A stretch of 64,000 bases of DNA from Bdellovibrionota bacterium (GCA_050950765.1 JBMNIF010000003.1:608001-672000), one strand, 5' to 3'; shown: positions 9,964 through 19,697, counted from the stretch's first letter. Program-made: numbers and translations. The notes: a model not told the origin generated them from the sequence alone.

Positions 9964-11322
9964 TTAATTTACATACCCTAGTGTCTTCAATCTATTCAAC
10001 ATCTCTTCATCTAAATTGACGTTGACCTCTTTATGTAGAGCTTCATATTTCTTATCCTCTAAAGCTTTAAGCTTTCCCCTTAATCTTGCCGTTACCTCAC
10101 GATCTTCAGTGACGATATTCTTCTTTTCATTAAAATCAGTTTTTAGATTAAAAAGCTCCTCTTTTTTAACACCTTGATAAACACTTTCTATAAAATGAAG
10201 ATCATCAGAGATAACAGACCTGAAAGTAGTGTGTGTTTCCTGCATCTCAGGTCGTCTTAATAACTCCGAAAAGATAGCGCGCTCCCTTAACGGATCCTTA
10301 AAAATAGCGGGAACTAAAGTATATCCCATCCACTCTTTTTCCTGCTTAAAACCGCACAGATCAGCAAGCGTCGGTAAAACATCGATTAAACTCACCGTTT
10401 GTGCAACACGGTGCGGCGTAATATCAGGGTGATATATCATTAACGGTACATGCAAAACTTCCCTGTAAAGACTTTTCCCGTGTGTATAATTTCCGTGTTC
10501 AAAAAACTCTTCTCCGTGATCTGCAACAACGATCACAGTTGCATTTTCTAACCAAGAATACAGATCAAACATCTCCGCTATATGTTTATCGAAATACGAG
10601 ATCTCACTATCATAAGCATTTATCTTCTTCTGCAATCTATCAGAAGTTTCTTCATACCACGGCTTTCTTTGATGGTACGGCAGATGCGGATCCATATAGT
10701 GTAGATAAAGGAAGTACTTTCCATTATTATCTAGATCGCTTTTCCAACTTTTTAAAACGGAATTGATTTTTTCAGCTCCGGCATAGTTAAAAGTCTCAAA
10801 CTTATCAAAGCCCTGATCATATCCCATCTCTCTTGAGATATTCATATTATCAGCCAGAGAATAAGTTTTATAACCTGCCTGCTTGAAAACTTCTCCTAAC
10901 GTCACGAAATCAGCAGGAATAGCATTTAAAACGATACCTTTGTCTTGATATTTTTTTGCCAACCGTTTTGTGGCGATATAACCCGTAATTACTCCGTGTT
11001 GACTCGGATATAACGAGGTAAAGATTGAAGCCGTTGATGGTGCCGTAGTTGAGGAAGTTGAAAAAGCTCTTTCAAAAATCACACTCTTTTCAGCAAGGCT
11101 ACTTAAAAACGGAGCTGTATCTTTATGATAACCATAAAACGGCAGATGATCTGCCCGCAGTGTATCAATTAAAAGTAAAACTACATTATCAGTTTTTCTT
11201 AGAACCTTTTGAGGTGTCGTTTTTTTCCCACCACTTTGACAAGCTGTCATAAAAAAACAGACTAGAAGCAACAGTACATAGATAAACTTATTTTTCATCG
11301 TTCCTTTTTCTGTCACACTCAC
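9964..11322 (-). CDS. Sulfatase-like (AlkP superfamily) lipoprotein; likely start ATG 11298
   Basis: Lipobox MTA-C; LLLIDTLRADHL, TAPSTASIFTSLYPSQHG, YLHYMDPHLPY, ADHGEEF.EHG; C-terminal RLKTLGYVN. Confidence 0.88.
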   Translation of the reverse strand: MSVTEKGTMKNKFIYVLLLLVCFFMTACQSGGKKTTPQKVLRKTDNVVLLLIDTLRADHLPFYGYHKDTAPFLSSLAEKSVIFERAFSTSSTTAPSTASIFTSLYPSQHGVITGYIATKRLAKKYQDKGIVLNAIPADFVTLGEVFKQAGYKTYSLADNMNISREMGYDQGFDKFETFNYAGAEKINSVLKSWKSDLDNNGKYFLYLHYMDPHLPYHQRKPWYEETSDRLQKKINAYDSEISYFDKHIAEMFDLYSWLENATVIVVADHGEEFFEHGNYTHGKSLYREVLHVPLMIYHPDITPHRVAQTVSLIDVLPTLADLCGFKQEKEWMGYTLVPAIFKDPLRERAIFSELLRRPEMQETHTTFRSVISDDLHFIESVYQGVKKEELFNLKTDFNEKKNIVTEDREVTARLRGKLKALEDKKYEALHKEVNVNLDEEMLNRLKTLGYVN

Positions 11323-11396
11323 TACTCAAAAAGACACAAACTAAAAGCTATGCTGGCAGAAGCTGTTCCATCCTGCCTAAGGTTTAAAAAAACATC

Positions 11397-12230
11397 TTAT
11401 TTAAAACGTCCTTCAATAAAGGGGACTTCAAAAACTTTTTCATGCAAAATCGGTCCATGCCCGAAGAAGCCATCTTCACCAAAGAGCTCTCCGTGATCTG
11501 CCGTAACCATGACATAAGTGTTTTGTGGCACAACCTCATAAAGTTTTTCAAAGAGTCCATCAAGGTACTCGACATTTTTGCGCTGCTTATCTTTAAGCGC
11601 ATTCATTCTGTCACCTGTAAAAAGGTTCTGAAACTTCTCAGAAACTGCGTCATCGTTATCATCATCCATGTGCTTAAAAACACCGTGCACGCCGTGTAAA
11701 ATAGGTAGATCTTCTGCCGTTTCACCCGGTATTGTATATGGATAATGTGTCTCTCCAACGTTCATCAGATAAAACGAGGGAGCTTCCTGATCAAACTTTA
11801 AAGTATTGATCATCGCTTCAAAATCATTATGACGATCCATCAATTCATAACGATCAAAGTGACGATTTAAATTTGTAGCTTGATTTAAAACAGGTAACGA
11901 CACTAACGCATTCGTTTTATAACCGTGCTGCTTTAAGAACGCCGCTAATGAAAGTTGCGGCACGAAACCACGAAACGAGATATCAGGAATACCGAGTCTA
12001 ATAGACCATTTTTGGAAATCTTTTTTGTATACTTCAGAAGCATAAACATACTTCGGCGAAGTATGCGGGCTAACCCCCATCATATAAACAGCATGCGCCG
12101 GTAACGTCCAGCTAGCATAAGAGTACCGTCTCTCCAACTCTCCTATCTTACTAATATTAGGAGTAGCTGCTGCTTTAAAGGTATCAAATCTACAACTATC
12201 AAAAACTATCCACAAAAAATTATTTTTCAT
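11397..12230 (-). CDS. Short sulfatase-like/AlkP-superfamily metalloenzyme, no signal peptide
   Basis: IVFDSCRFD, ASWTLPAH, ETHYPY, TADHGELFGEDGFFGHG. Confidence 0.82.
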   Translation of the reverse strand: MKNNFLWIVFDSCRFDTFKAAATPNISKIGELERRYSYASWTLPAHAVYMMGVSPHTSPKYVYASEVYKKDFQKWSIRLGIPDISFRGFVPQLSLAAFLKQHGYKTNALVSLPVLNQATNLNRHFDRYELMDRHNDFEAMINTLKFDQEAPSFYLMNVGETHYPYTIPGETAEDLPILHGVHGVFKHMDDDNDDAVSEKFQNLFTGDRMNALKDKQRKNVEYLDGLFEKLYEVVPQNTYVMVTADHGELFGEDGFFGHGPILHEKVFEVPFIEGRFK

Positions 12231-12256
12231 ATTAAAAAATCCAATAAATACGCCTT

Positions 12257-13075
12257 TTAAACTGCAATTCCGAAAACTTTACTTGCTAGCAACCCACTTA
12301 AAACCGAAACAACAAAAAACAACACCAGCCAATGCCACTTAATGCCGCAAAACTTATAACTTACACTCGGATATTCAATAACGATTTCAGAGATGGGAGA
12401 CTCCGCTGGGATAAGCGCCTGACCAGGATAAAGCACAGCCACATAGGGGCTTTTCAACTGTTTTGCAGGGATCTTCGCCTCCGTAGCATTATCAACCGTC
12501 ACACTTTGCGGATAAGTGTTCTTTCCATCACTAACCTCAAGCGCTATCGAGTTTTGATCTTGCGGAGTAATACGCCAAATCACCTCGTTATCTTCCAACA
12601 CCCTTAAACGGGGTGTGATATCAACGTTTTCAGAGGTTGTTAAAGATATCGTATCAAGATAAGCCTCATTATCCACCTTCACCCTTACTAAAGCAGGCTC
12701 TCCTACCTTTAGACCGTCAGTTTCATAACGTAGATTAAACTGCGCTAACATCAGGAGACACGGTATCATCAAAACGATAATAGGTGGCACAGCATAGGCA
12801 AAATAAACAGCTGCACCTACCAACATACGCAACTGAGCTGCTAAACATATCCGCAGATCGTGTCTATACAAAACAGACTCGAAGAGAGCCGCTACGATCT
12901 TTCGTTTAATATTTCTAATCCCGTTCTGATTTGAAATCACCCCGTAGCAGAGGAGTAATAAAACGCCGCTCACAACAGAAAGGAACAGCAACCCCCACAA
13001 CTTGGGCACCCCTCGAAACGGATACAGAGAGAGGTCTGTAATTGAGGTTAAAATATTATTAAAAGAATCAATCAT
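12257..13075 (-). CDS. Membrane protein with DUF106/EMC3/TMCO1-like layout and a soluble beta-rich insert
   Basis: TM1, basic helical hairpin, TM2 (PPIIVLMIP), ~130-aa soluble domain, TM3 (WHWLVLFFVVSVLSGLLASKVFG). Family call is by eye. Confidence 0.5.
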   Translation of the reverse strand: MIDSFNNILTSITDLSLYPFRGVPKLWGLLFLSVVSGVLLLLCYGVISNQNGIRNIKRKIVAALFESVLYRHDLRICLAAQLRMLVGAAVYFAYAVPPIIVLMIPCLLMLAQFNLRYETDGLKVGEPALVRVKVDNEAYLDTISLTTSENVDITPRLRVLEDNEVIWRITPQDQNSIALEVSDGKNTYPQSVTVDNATEAKIPAKQLKSPYVAVLYPGQALIPAESPISEIVIEYPSVSYKFCGIKWHWLVLFFVVSVLSGLLASKVFGIAV

Positions 13076-13132
13076 TATGCAGCCGCTATCGTTTAAAGAT
13101 TATCAAGAGAGGTGCTTTTTAAAGAATAGGCT

Positions 13133-13354
13133 CTACTCTAAATATCCCAACCCTTTTAACTTGTTAGCGATATCCTCTATCTCTGCCGCACTCATCTCAG
13201 GCGCAGCACCAGAGGCAAGTACCTTATCTGCTTCAATCTCTAAGATTCCCGCCACATACTCATCAACAGAGCTGCATCCCTGCATAGCACAAACCTTTTC
13301 AAGTTTAGAATAAAGCTCACTATTTATCTTTACTTTTTTATTACCACCAAACAT
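13133..13354 (-). CDS. Small CopG/ribbon-helix-helix-like protein with C-terminal KLKGLGYLE tail
   Basis: KVKINSELYSKLE...G.SSVDEYVAGIL pattern; GGAG RBS upstream. Confidence 0.7.
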   Translation of the reverse strand: MFGGNKKVKINSELYSKLEKVCAMQGCSSVDEYVAGILEIEADKVLASGAAPEMSAAEIEDIANKLKGLGYLE

Positions 13355-13430
13355 TTACAATTCTCCACTGATACCAAAGCATTAACTTTTCGAGAGATCT
13401 CTCTATTTATAACAGAGAGTAGACATCCTA

Positions 13431-15515
13431 CTACAAGATTATTTTTCCTTCCATATAAGGAGGAACCGGCACGGCAAAGAGATTTAAAACCGTAGGAGCG
13501 ATATCTATAATTGCTGGATTTTGCCCAACAATCTTCCAATTGGAAAATATTACCCCTGGAACCAATTCCGGATCTACGCAGTGATCTCCACTCCAAGCTT
13601 TCATATTATTTTCAAACACTTCAGGTCTTAATTTACCCGTCACTGATTCCCACGAGATCCTGTATCCACGTTTAAAGCCGACCACTATATCATAAGCATC
13701 ATTACGATATACCCCTTTATACTCTTTCGCCGTATCATAAAGTTTTCTAACGACACGCTCTCCCGTTTCAGGATCTTCAAGTGTAGATAACTTCTCCATA
13801 ATCTCCTGCTTTAAAGCAGGCAGATCTTCATCCGTTACGATACCGTTAAACTCACGCCCTTTCCGATTAATAAAGATCCCCGCTAGACCGATTGAAAAAG
13901 CTCTCGTTTTACTCCAATCAACATCTAATAGATAGTCCGTATCTGAAATTTTATCATTTTTCAGGGCAAGATAACCGTTTTTATACAACCACGTATTAAT
14001 ATTAACGCAACGCCTAAAAGATCCGAAGCCGTGATCACTTAAGACGATTAAAACATCTTGTGGCTTAATCTTAGCTCTAACTCGTCCCAATAAATCATCC
14101 ATCTTTTGATACATATCGGGAATGGCACTCTCAAAAGCCTTATTATCTTCCCTCGGAGAAGGGTGTTTATCATCGACATAACGCCAGAACATATGTTGAA
14201 TACGGTCACTGGCATCAAAGACACAGGTACAAAACCCCTCTTTAGTTCTATCAAGAGCATCGAAAAACATCTTCTCCCTCTCTTCATGGAAGATGTAAGT
14301 CTGTTCAAGAAAACGCTCATCGTCGATAGCTTTTTCATTACGCCCCCAAGTGTCTTCCATCAATCCGAGTGTGCCGTAAAGTCCCTGTTTTTTTGCCAAA
14401 TACGTGGAGAAAAAAGGTGGATAAGAGATCGGCAAAGACGGTTTCTCCGGATTGATATTCATCGCCGTCATATAGATAGTAACTTCCGGCTCTAACGATC
14501 TAAGGCAAAAACGGCTAATCCCACAAACTTCACCACGCAAACCGAACTTAAACTTTAAATTTATCCACGGGGAATATTCCCCCTCTTTTAATGAGATCTT
14601 GTCCTTACCTATCTCCAGCACACCCCCTGCACCGTTTGGTGTAAACTTAAACTTCACCTTTAACGGAGTCGGATCTTTATGATACGGATGTAACGGGCCC
14701 TCAATTATGCCATAAAAAGACTCCCCCTTACGTGTCAACTGACAGAACCTTCCGCCGGTGTGGTTTTCATTTTTTGTTAGATCTTCAGTTGTAAAAAAGG
14801 TAAAACTTCCCTGCGTCCCGAGGAGATCGGGCACACACATCGCAGAAAGGATATTCCCTGCAAATTTTTCAGGCGGATAAGAGATCGGCACCCTTAAAAC
14901 TGTTGAAAAAACCCCGTATTTACCGAGCACCTTCCAAAAAGGTTGAGATTTTCTAAGGATGGAGATCTTAGCTTTCCCCAAAGGATAGATAAATTTCCCG
15001 AGATGCAAAAACTTTTTCGGTGGTTCCGTTTTCGTTGACGAGAGGTTCGGCATACAGAAACGTTTATCACGCGTTAAAAAGTCGAAGATATTATGCGCAC
15101 CAGGGTTCACCCCCGTTTGATACGTTGACCACGCTACGGGTGAAACCGGCGGCAAAGTAGAACCTAACTTACTGTAACCGCCCTCCTGCTTCAGTGCTGA
15201 AAAATTCGGCAACATCCCTTCTTGCATATACCGTTCAACTAAAGACGGCTCCAAACCGTCCAACCCTACTATCACCACTCTACGTGTACGCGCCTTTTTA
15301 CTAATCTTTTTTCCACGTAACTTACGCCACACCCACTGCAAGGGCCAAAAAGCGAGCGTAAGAAATGCCATGCCGAAAGCTAAGATAAAAACAAAGGCAC
15401 TTCCAAGAAAGGCAAAGCCTGCACCTGGTCCAACATAAGCCCACGCTGCCTTAGGAGTTAGAGCTACGAACACGCAAAAGAGAAATTTATTAAAAGTAGA
15501 TCTATTTTTTTTCAC
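13431..15515 (-). CDS. Type I phosphodiesterase/nucleotide pyrophosphatase family protein with an N-terminal AYVGPGAG membrane anchor
   Basis: VIVGLDG, STLPPVSPVAWSTYQTGVNPGAHNIFDF, DRIQHMFW, LSDHGF, DWSKTRA, WSGDH. Confidence 0.88.
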   Translation of the reverse strand: MKKNRSTFNKFLFCVFVALTPKAAWAYVGPGAGFAFLGSAFVFILAFGMAFLTLAFWPLQWVWRKLRGKKISKKARTRRVVIVGLDGLEPSLVERYMQEGMLPNFSALKQEGGYSKLGSTLPPVSPVAWSTYQTGVNPGAHNIFDFLTRDKRFCMPNLSSTKTEPPKKFLHLGKFIYPLGKAKISILRKSQPFWKVLGKYGVFSTVLRVPISYPPEKFAGNILSAMCVPDLLGTQGSFTFFTTEDLTKNENHTGGRFCQLTRKGESFYGIIEGPLHPYHKDPTPLKVKFKFTPNGAGGVLEIGKDKISLKEGEYSPWINLKFKFGLRGEVCGISRFCLRSLEPEVTIYMTAMNINPEKPSLPISYPPFFSTYLAKKQGLYGTLGLMEDTWGRNEKAIDDERFLEQTYIFHEEREKMFFDALDRTKEGFCTCVFDASDRIQHMFWRYVDDKHPSPREDNKAFESAIPDMYQKMDDLLGRVRAKIKPQDVLIVLSDHGFGSFRRCVNINTWLYKNGYLALKNDKISDTDYLLDVDWSKTRAFSIGLAGIFINRKGREFNGIVTDEDLPALKQEIMEKLSTLEDPETGERVVRKLYDTAKEYKGVYRNDAYDIVVGFKRGYRISWESVTGKLRPEVFENNMKAWSGDHCVDPELVPGVIFSNWKIVGQNPAIIDIAPTVLNLFAVPVPPYMEGKIIL

Positions 15516-15853
15516 GTGCTGAAACTTAGCAGATTTTGCTCAATCCCTCCAGTAGCACCTAATAAACTAAGATCAATCGATTTTTAGGGAGAAAATCAGA
15601 AATTATTGCTATAATATAACATTGATTTTTACTACTCCGTTTATCCAGTAGGGGCATTCTTATCAAACTCTTGAATTTTCTCTATCTCTCTCAAGGGGAA
15701 TCTATTCAAAAATGGAAGGCACTATCTCCTTATCTACTTATTATCTTACTTCTTGTATCAACCATCTTAGATAATCCATCACCACTAGAGAATGAGTCGA
15801 CTCAACTATCCCCACCCTTTATACGTAAAATCTGAAAGTTTAGATCCTATACC

Positions 15854-16447
15854 TTATCTATTTTTCGGCACTCCCTGCATAGGAGTTCCATCAACACGTT
15901 TTATGTACCCTTTCGGCGGATGTGTAGAATGGATCTTCCCGTAAAAATGGTTTTTCTTCTTATCTTTTGAATGGAGGTATTGCCCACGTAACTCTACCAC
16001 ACACCCCTTGCGCAACTTTACCTTACCGAAAGTAACTTGATTTTCAACGAGGATATACTGACGGAAGCGTAACGCTGGTGATGTTATTAAAAAACGTTGG
16101 TGTATATACCTACCACGTCTATCATCATTACCTGAGATCTTTCTAAACTTATCGATAAACTTTCTTTTTATAAACTCTGCCAAGGTATCTGAAAAGATCT
16201 TCACAACTCTACCTTGTAAAGTGATATATTTACCGTCTGAATTAAACGGCTCATCTTTAAAATCAGTCGGTAAACCTGGAATAAGTTCTACTTTCTGCCT
16301 TCTGATTAGAGAGATAAAATACGGCAAGGCAACTAAGATCACTCCTGCGCTAACGATCTTTAAAACCAGCGGATCTGTTTTTTTTGAAAATAAAAGTATA
16401 AGGAAAATAATAACGAGAGAAAAAGGAGCTATCACGGATCTCTTCAC
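15854..16447 (-). CDS. Membrane-anchored DUF3465-like protein
   Basis: Two N-terminal TMs; HQRFLI...VELRGQY...GKIHSTH resembles DUF3465. Confidence 0.55.
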   Translation of the reverse strand: MKRSVIAPFSLVIIFLILLFSKKTDPLVLKIVSAGVILVALPYFISLIRRQKVELIPGLPTDFKDEPFNSDGKYITLQGRVVKIFSDTLAEFIKRKFIDKFRKISGNDDRRGRYIHQRFLITSPALRFRQYILVENQVTFGKVKLRKGCVVELRGQYLHSKDKKKNHFYGKIHSTHPPKGYIKRVDGTPMQGVPKNR

Positions 16448-16492
16448 TTCTTTCTTCCCCTTTAAATATTTAGCGTTACTTTATAACTATTT

Positions 16493-18034
16493 TTAAGCAC
16501 TCTGCCCTTCAAACAATCTACTTTCATTCTGCATAAGATAATCGTGCAACTCCTCATCACTTTTCACATCAAGGTATCCGCGCCCATACTGTAAAGCTAA
16601 TAAATTAGCATACTGCCACTCCGCAAGAGTTCCTGCAGCAGGAGATACTATTCTTGTTAGGCTCTGAACAATTCCATCACGATTGATGACACTCCCTGAT
16701 TTTTCAAAAGCACTACGTCCAGGCAGAACAACTTTTAATTGAGAAAGGAGGGGTGACTTTGCATTACAGAGAATAGCCACACTTAATTCTAACTTTGAGA
16801 CTGCTTCCAGTAAGGCATCATCAATATCTTTTGGTAAGATGGCACGATCTCCGATAAAGATCCCACGTTGATAAACTCCGTTTTCAAACTTCTTCAAAGT
16901 ATTGATATAGTGTTCTCTAGCATCGCCAGAAATAAGCCCGACTCGTTCAGCAGATCGAAGATTAGCAGCACCATCTTTAGCGATAAAATCCTGCAATACT
17001 CCCACACCTTTTGTACCTGTTCCTGCTATCGCCACAGCAGGAACGTACAATTTGGCGGCAGCATCAAGATATTTTTTCCAGAGATAATACTCTTCAAGTG
17101 TCAGGTCTGCAGAGAAAAACGCTACCAACGGTTTCGATCCGATCTCTTGTAACGCCGTAAGAGCATCTTCAAGAGCTAGCGCCTTTCCGTTTTTGTACGG
17201 TGCATGTAGCCTCTCCTTCGGTAAAAATCTATCAAAGCCGTAACGCCCCTCGTCACACAACCACTCATTGTTTTTTAACTCGTTAGACCTTCCTTTAACT
17301 TGCACGACTTCACCATCTCTAATTGAAACAGTGCAAGCACAGGTGCTGGAACAACCTAAGCAGATCGTATCAACTTCTTTAGCTAACCAAGACCTACTCT
17401 TGAAACGCCATTTCCTATGGGTTAAGGCACCAACAGGACAGAGATCAGCAACGCAACCTGAAAAGGGGTTATCCAGTTCTCGCCCCTCAGTTACAGCTAC
17501 ATAAGTAGCATCTCCCCTATTTAGCATACCAAGCTCTGCAGTTTGTGTGATCTCTCTACAAAATCTGATGCAGCGCGAACATTTTATGCACCGTTCTGCG
17601 TCATATATGATATTTTTCCCCAGCGGGAGAGCCTTTTGCTTACGCTCTTTTTCCTCGTTAAAACGGCTGTTTTTCTTACTGTATTTAAAATACATATCCT
17701 GTAATTTACACTGCCCAGCTTGATCACAGACCGTACAATCTAAAGGGTGATTTATCAGAAGGAATTCCAGAACTGCCGCTTGTGCATCACGTACAGCTTG
17801 GCTGCTATGGTGCGTATGCACCTCCATCCCTTCAGCGGCTAAGGTATGACAGGCGATCATCAATTTAGGAGCTTTCGCTACCTCTACTTGACACATCCGA
17901 CAATTACCAACGACTGACAAACACGGATGATAACAGAAATGCGGAATCTCTATGCCTATCGTTGCCGCAGCTTCAATCAAATTCGTCCCTTCCGGAACAA
18001 CCACAGCCTGTCCATCAATCGTTAAACTAACCAT
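16493..18034 (-). CDS. nuoG: NADH-quinone oxidoreductase subunit G-like Fe-S protein (short form)
   Basis: IPHFCYHP...GNCRMCQVE, NHPLDCTVCDQAGQC, RCIKCSRCIRFC, DLCPVGAL, CLGCSSTC...LCDEGRYG. Confidence 0.85.
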   Translation of the reverse strand: MVSLTIDGQAVVVPEGTNLIEAAATIGIEIPHFCYHPCLSVVGNCRMCQVEVAKAPKLMIACHTLAAEGMEVHTHHSSQAVRDAQAAVLEFLLINHPLDCTVCDQAGQCKLQDMYFKYSKKNSRFNEEKERKQKALPLGKNIIYDAERCIKCSRCIRFCREITQTAELGMLNRGDATYVAVTEGRELDNPFSGCVADLCPVGALTHRKWRFKSRSWLAKEVDTICLGCSSTCACTVSIRDGEVVQVKGRSNELKNNEWLCDEGRYGFDRFLPKERLHAPYKNGKALALEDALTALQEIGSKPLVAFFSADLTLEEYYLWKKYLDAAAKLYVPAVAIAGTGTKGVGVLQDFIAKDGAANLRSAERVGLISGDAREHYINTLKKFENGVYQRGIFIGDRAILPKDIDDALLEAVSKLELSVAILCNAKSPLLSQLKVVLPGRSAFEKSGSVINRDGIVQSLTRIVSPAAGTLAEWQYANLLALQYGRGYLDVKSDEELHDYLMQNESRLFEGQSA

Positions 18035-18250
18035 TGCACCCTACAAAAAAAGGAAAGAAGATATAACTTGACTTTAAACTATCAGAATAAAAAACAACAC
18101 CTGATCTTTTACCGTTTTTTAAAGCCGAAAAGCTCAACTTTAACACCTAACATTCCCCCTGTTATAACACGGCATTTTTTCAATATAAGTATCTGAAAAA
18201 GCTCTTAATCTCTTCCCCTGCTTTTATTTTTTAACGTAACTTACAGTTAA

Positions 18251-18940
18251 TTATTTAGCAACGCGCATTCGATACAGATAAGCTATACCAAAAGTTAGGG
18301 GCGTAACTTCTATATCTTTATATTCGCACCCTTTTAAAATTTTAACGAAGCTATCACCACAAGGAAACTCCCAAGAAGTCCGATGCAGATAGCGATACGC
18401 TTTTATATCACCGGAGATCACCCCTCCGATAAGAGGCAAAATATACCTTGAATAGAAACCAAATAGTAAAGCTACAAGTTTATTTTGCGGCTTCCCGAAC
18501 TCTAAAATATAAACGTTACCACCACCTTTTGTTATGCGTTTAATCTCCCTCAACCCCTTGTCTAAATCAGAAAGATTTCTCACTCCAAAGGCAACAGAAA
18601 CTGCATCTGCATAATTATCAGAAAGCGGCAGATTACAAACATCAGCAGTAAGTAGTTTATGGGAAGTAGGAATTTTCTTCCTCGCTTCTTGTAACATCTC
18701 ACCGCAAAAATCCACCCCCACACCATTTACAGCAGATCCTGCTCTACGCAAAATATCACCCGTCCCCGTACAAAGATCCACTAAAACACCAGCAAGAGGT
18801 AGCCGTTTTAAAACCTCCTTAACCAATCTGCGCTTCCATAAATGATGAATACCGAGACTTAAAAGGGTATTGTTAAGATCATAACGCTTAGCAATCTTTG
18901 AAAAAATTTTCTTTACTGAAGTCTTTGAATATTCACTCAT
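18251..18940 (-). CDS. ubiE: Ubiquinone/menaquinone biosynthesis C-methyltransferase UbiE/MenG
   Basis: FSKIAKRYDLNNTLLSLGIHHLWK, DLCTGTGD, AFGVRN, AYRYL. Confidence 0.92.
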   Translation of the reverse strand: MSEYSKTSVKKIFSKIAKRYDLNNTLLSLGIHHLWKRRLVKEVLKRLPLAGVLVDLCTGTGDILRRAGSAVNGVGVDFCGEMLQEARKKIPTSHKLLTADVCNLPLSDNYADAVSVAFGVRNLSDLDKGLREIKRITKGGGNVYILEFGKPQNKLVALLFGFYSRYILPLIGGVISGDIKAYRYLHRTSWEFPCGDSFVKILKGCEYKDIEVTPLTFGIAYLYRMRVAK

Positions 18941-19220
18941 AAAAACGCACTTAAAAATGTTTTCTTACATCATACGAGGAATTCGTAAGAAAATACCTTA
19001 TTAGCTACTATCTCAAAATAGAGTTTATTTATAAATTAAAACACCTCTTAATTAGTAGCACCAACGCAAAAGATCAATCTCAGAAAATTTCCTACCGTAT
19101 GTGCTTATTTTTTCCAAAAAATAAAGCGTCAAAATCTAATGCTTCCACGCAAAACAAACGAAACAGGTATCGTATGTTGCAAGTTCCTTACAAAAATAGA
19201 TCTGAAAAGGTTGTTGTGCA

Positions 19221-19691
19221 ATGAAGTATAGTTGTAACGAAAAAGGGTTTTCTTTGGTTGAGGTTTTGGCAGTACTGGGTCTAATCTCTGCCCTGTTTTC
19301 AATGGCTGTTTTTGATTTTCGTCATTTAGACGACGCTGGTAGAAACGGTGCAAAAGAGTTGAGCAGCTTTTTAAAAGAGGTGCGTGCAAGAGCGATGTCA
19401 TTAACTTTGGCGTACACCATCGAACCGATCTCACCAACTGAAGTTATCGCCCTATCTTCTAACAACTGCACAAGTACAGATCTAACGGAAGACCCCGAGT
19501 TGAAATTAGTACTACCAAAGGGTGCTTACCTCGTAACAACAGATTGGAGTATCTGTTACGGCACTCGCGGTATCGCTGACACAAGTTTAGATATTGAACT
19601 TTCTTCAAACAGGAATAGCCACAGATCAGAAACCGTCCAAGTAGTGCTTGGTGGTGGTGTACGAATAAAACCTCAGAATAACGGGGGCTAA
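19221..19691 (+). CDS. Type IV minor pilin (FimT/GspH-like)
   Basis: Prepilin cleavage site KG|FSLVEV with Glu+5. Confidence 0.85.
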   Translation: MKYSCNEKGFSLVEVLAVLGLISALFSMAVFDFRHLDDAGRNGAKELSSFLKEVRARAMSLTLAYTIEPISPTEVIALSSNNCTSTDLTEDPELKLVLPKGAYLVTTDWSICYGTRGIADTSLDIELSSNRNSHRSETVQVVLGGGVRIKPQNNGG

Positions 19692-19697
19692 ATTTTT

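Noticed and set aside
19165..19182. Sigma-54 promoter upstream of the pilin cassette
   Set aside because: GG-to-GC spacing is 11 nt rather than the required 10.
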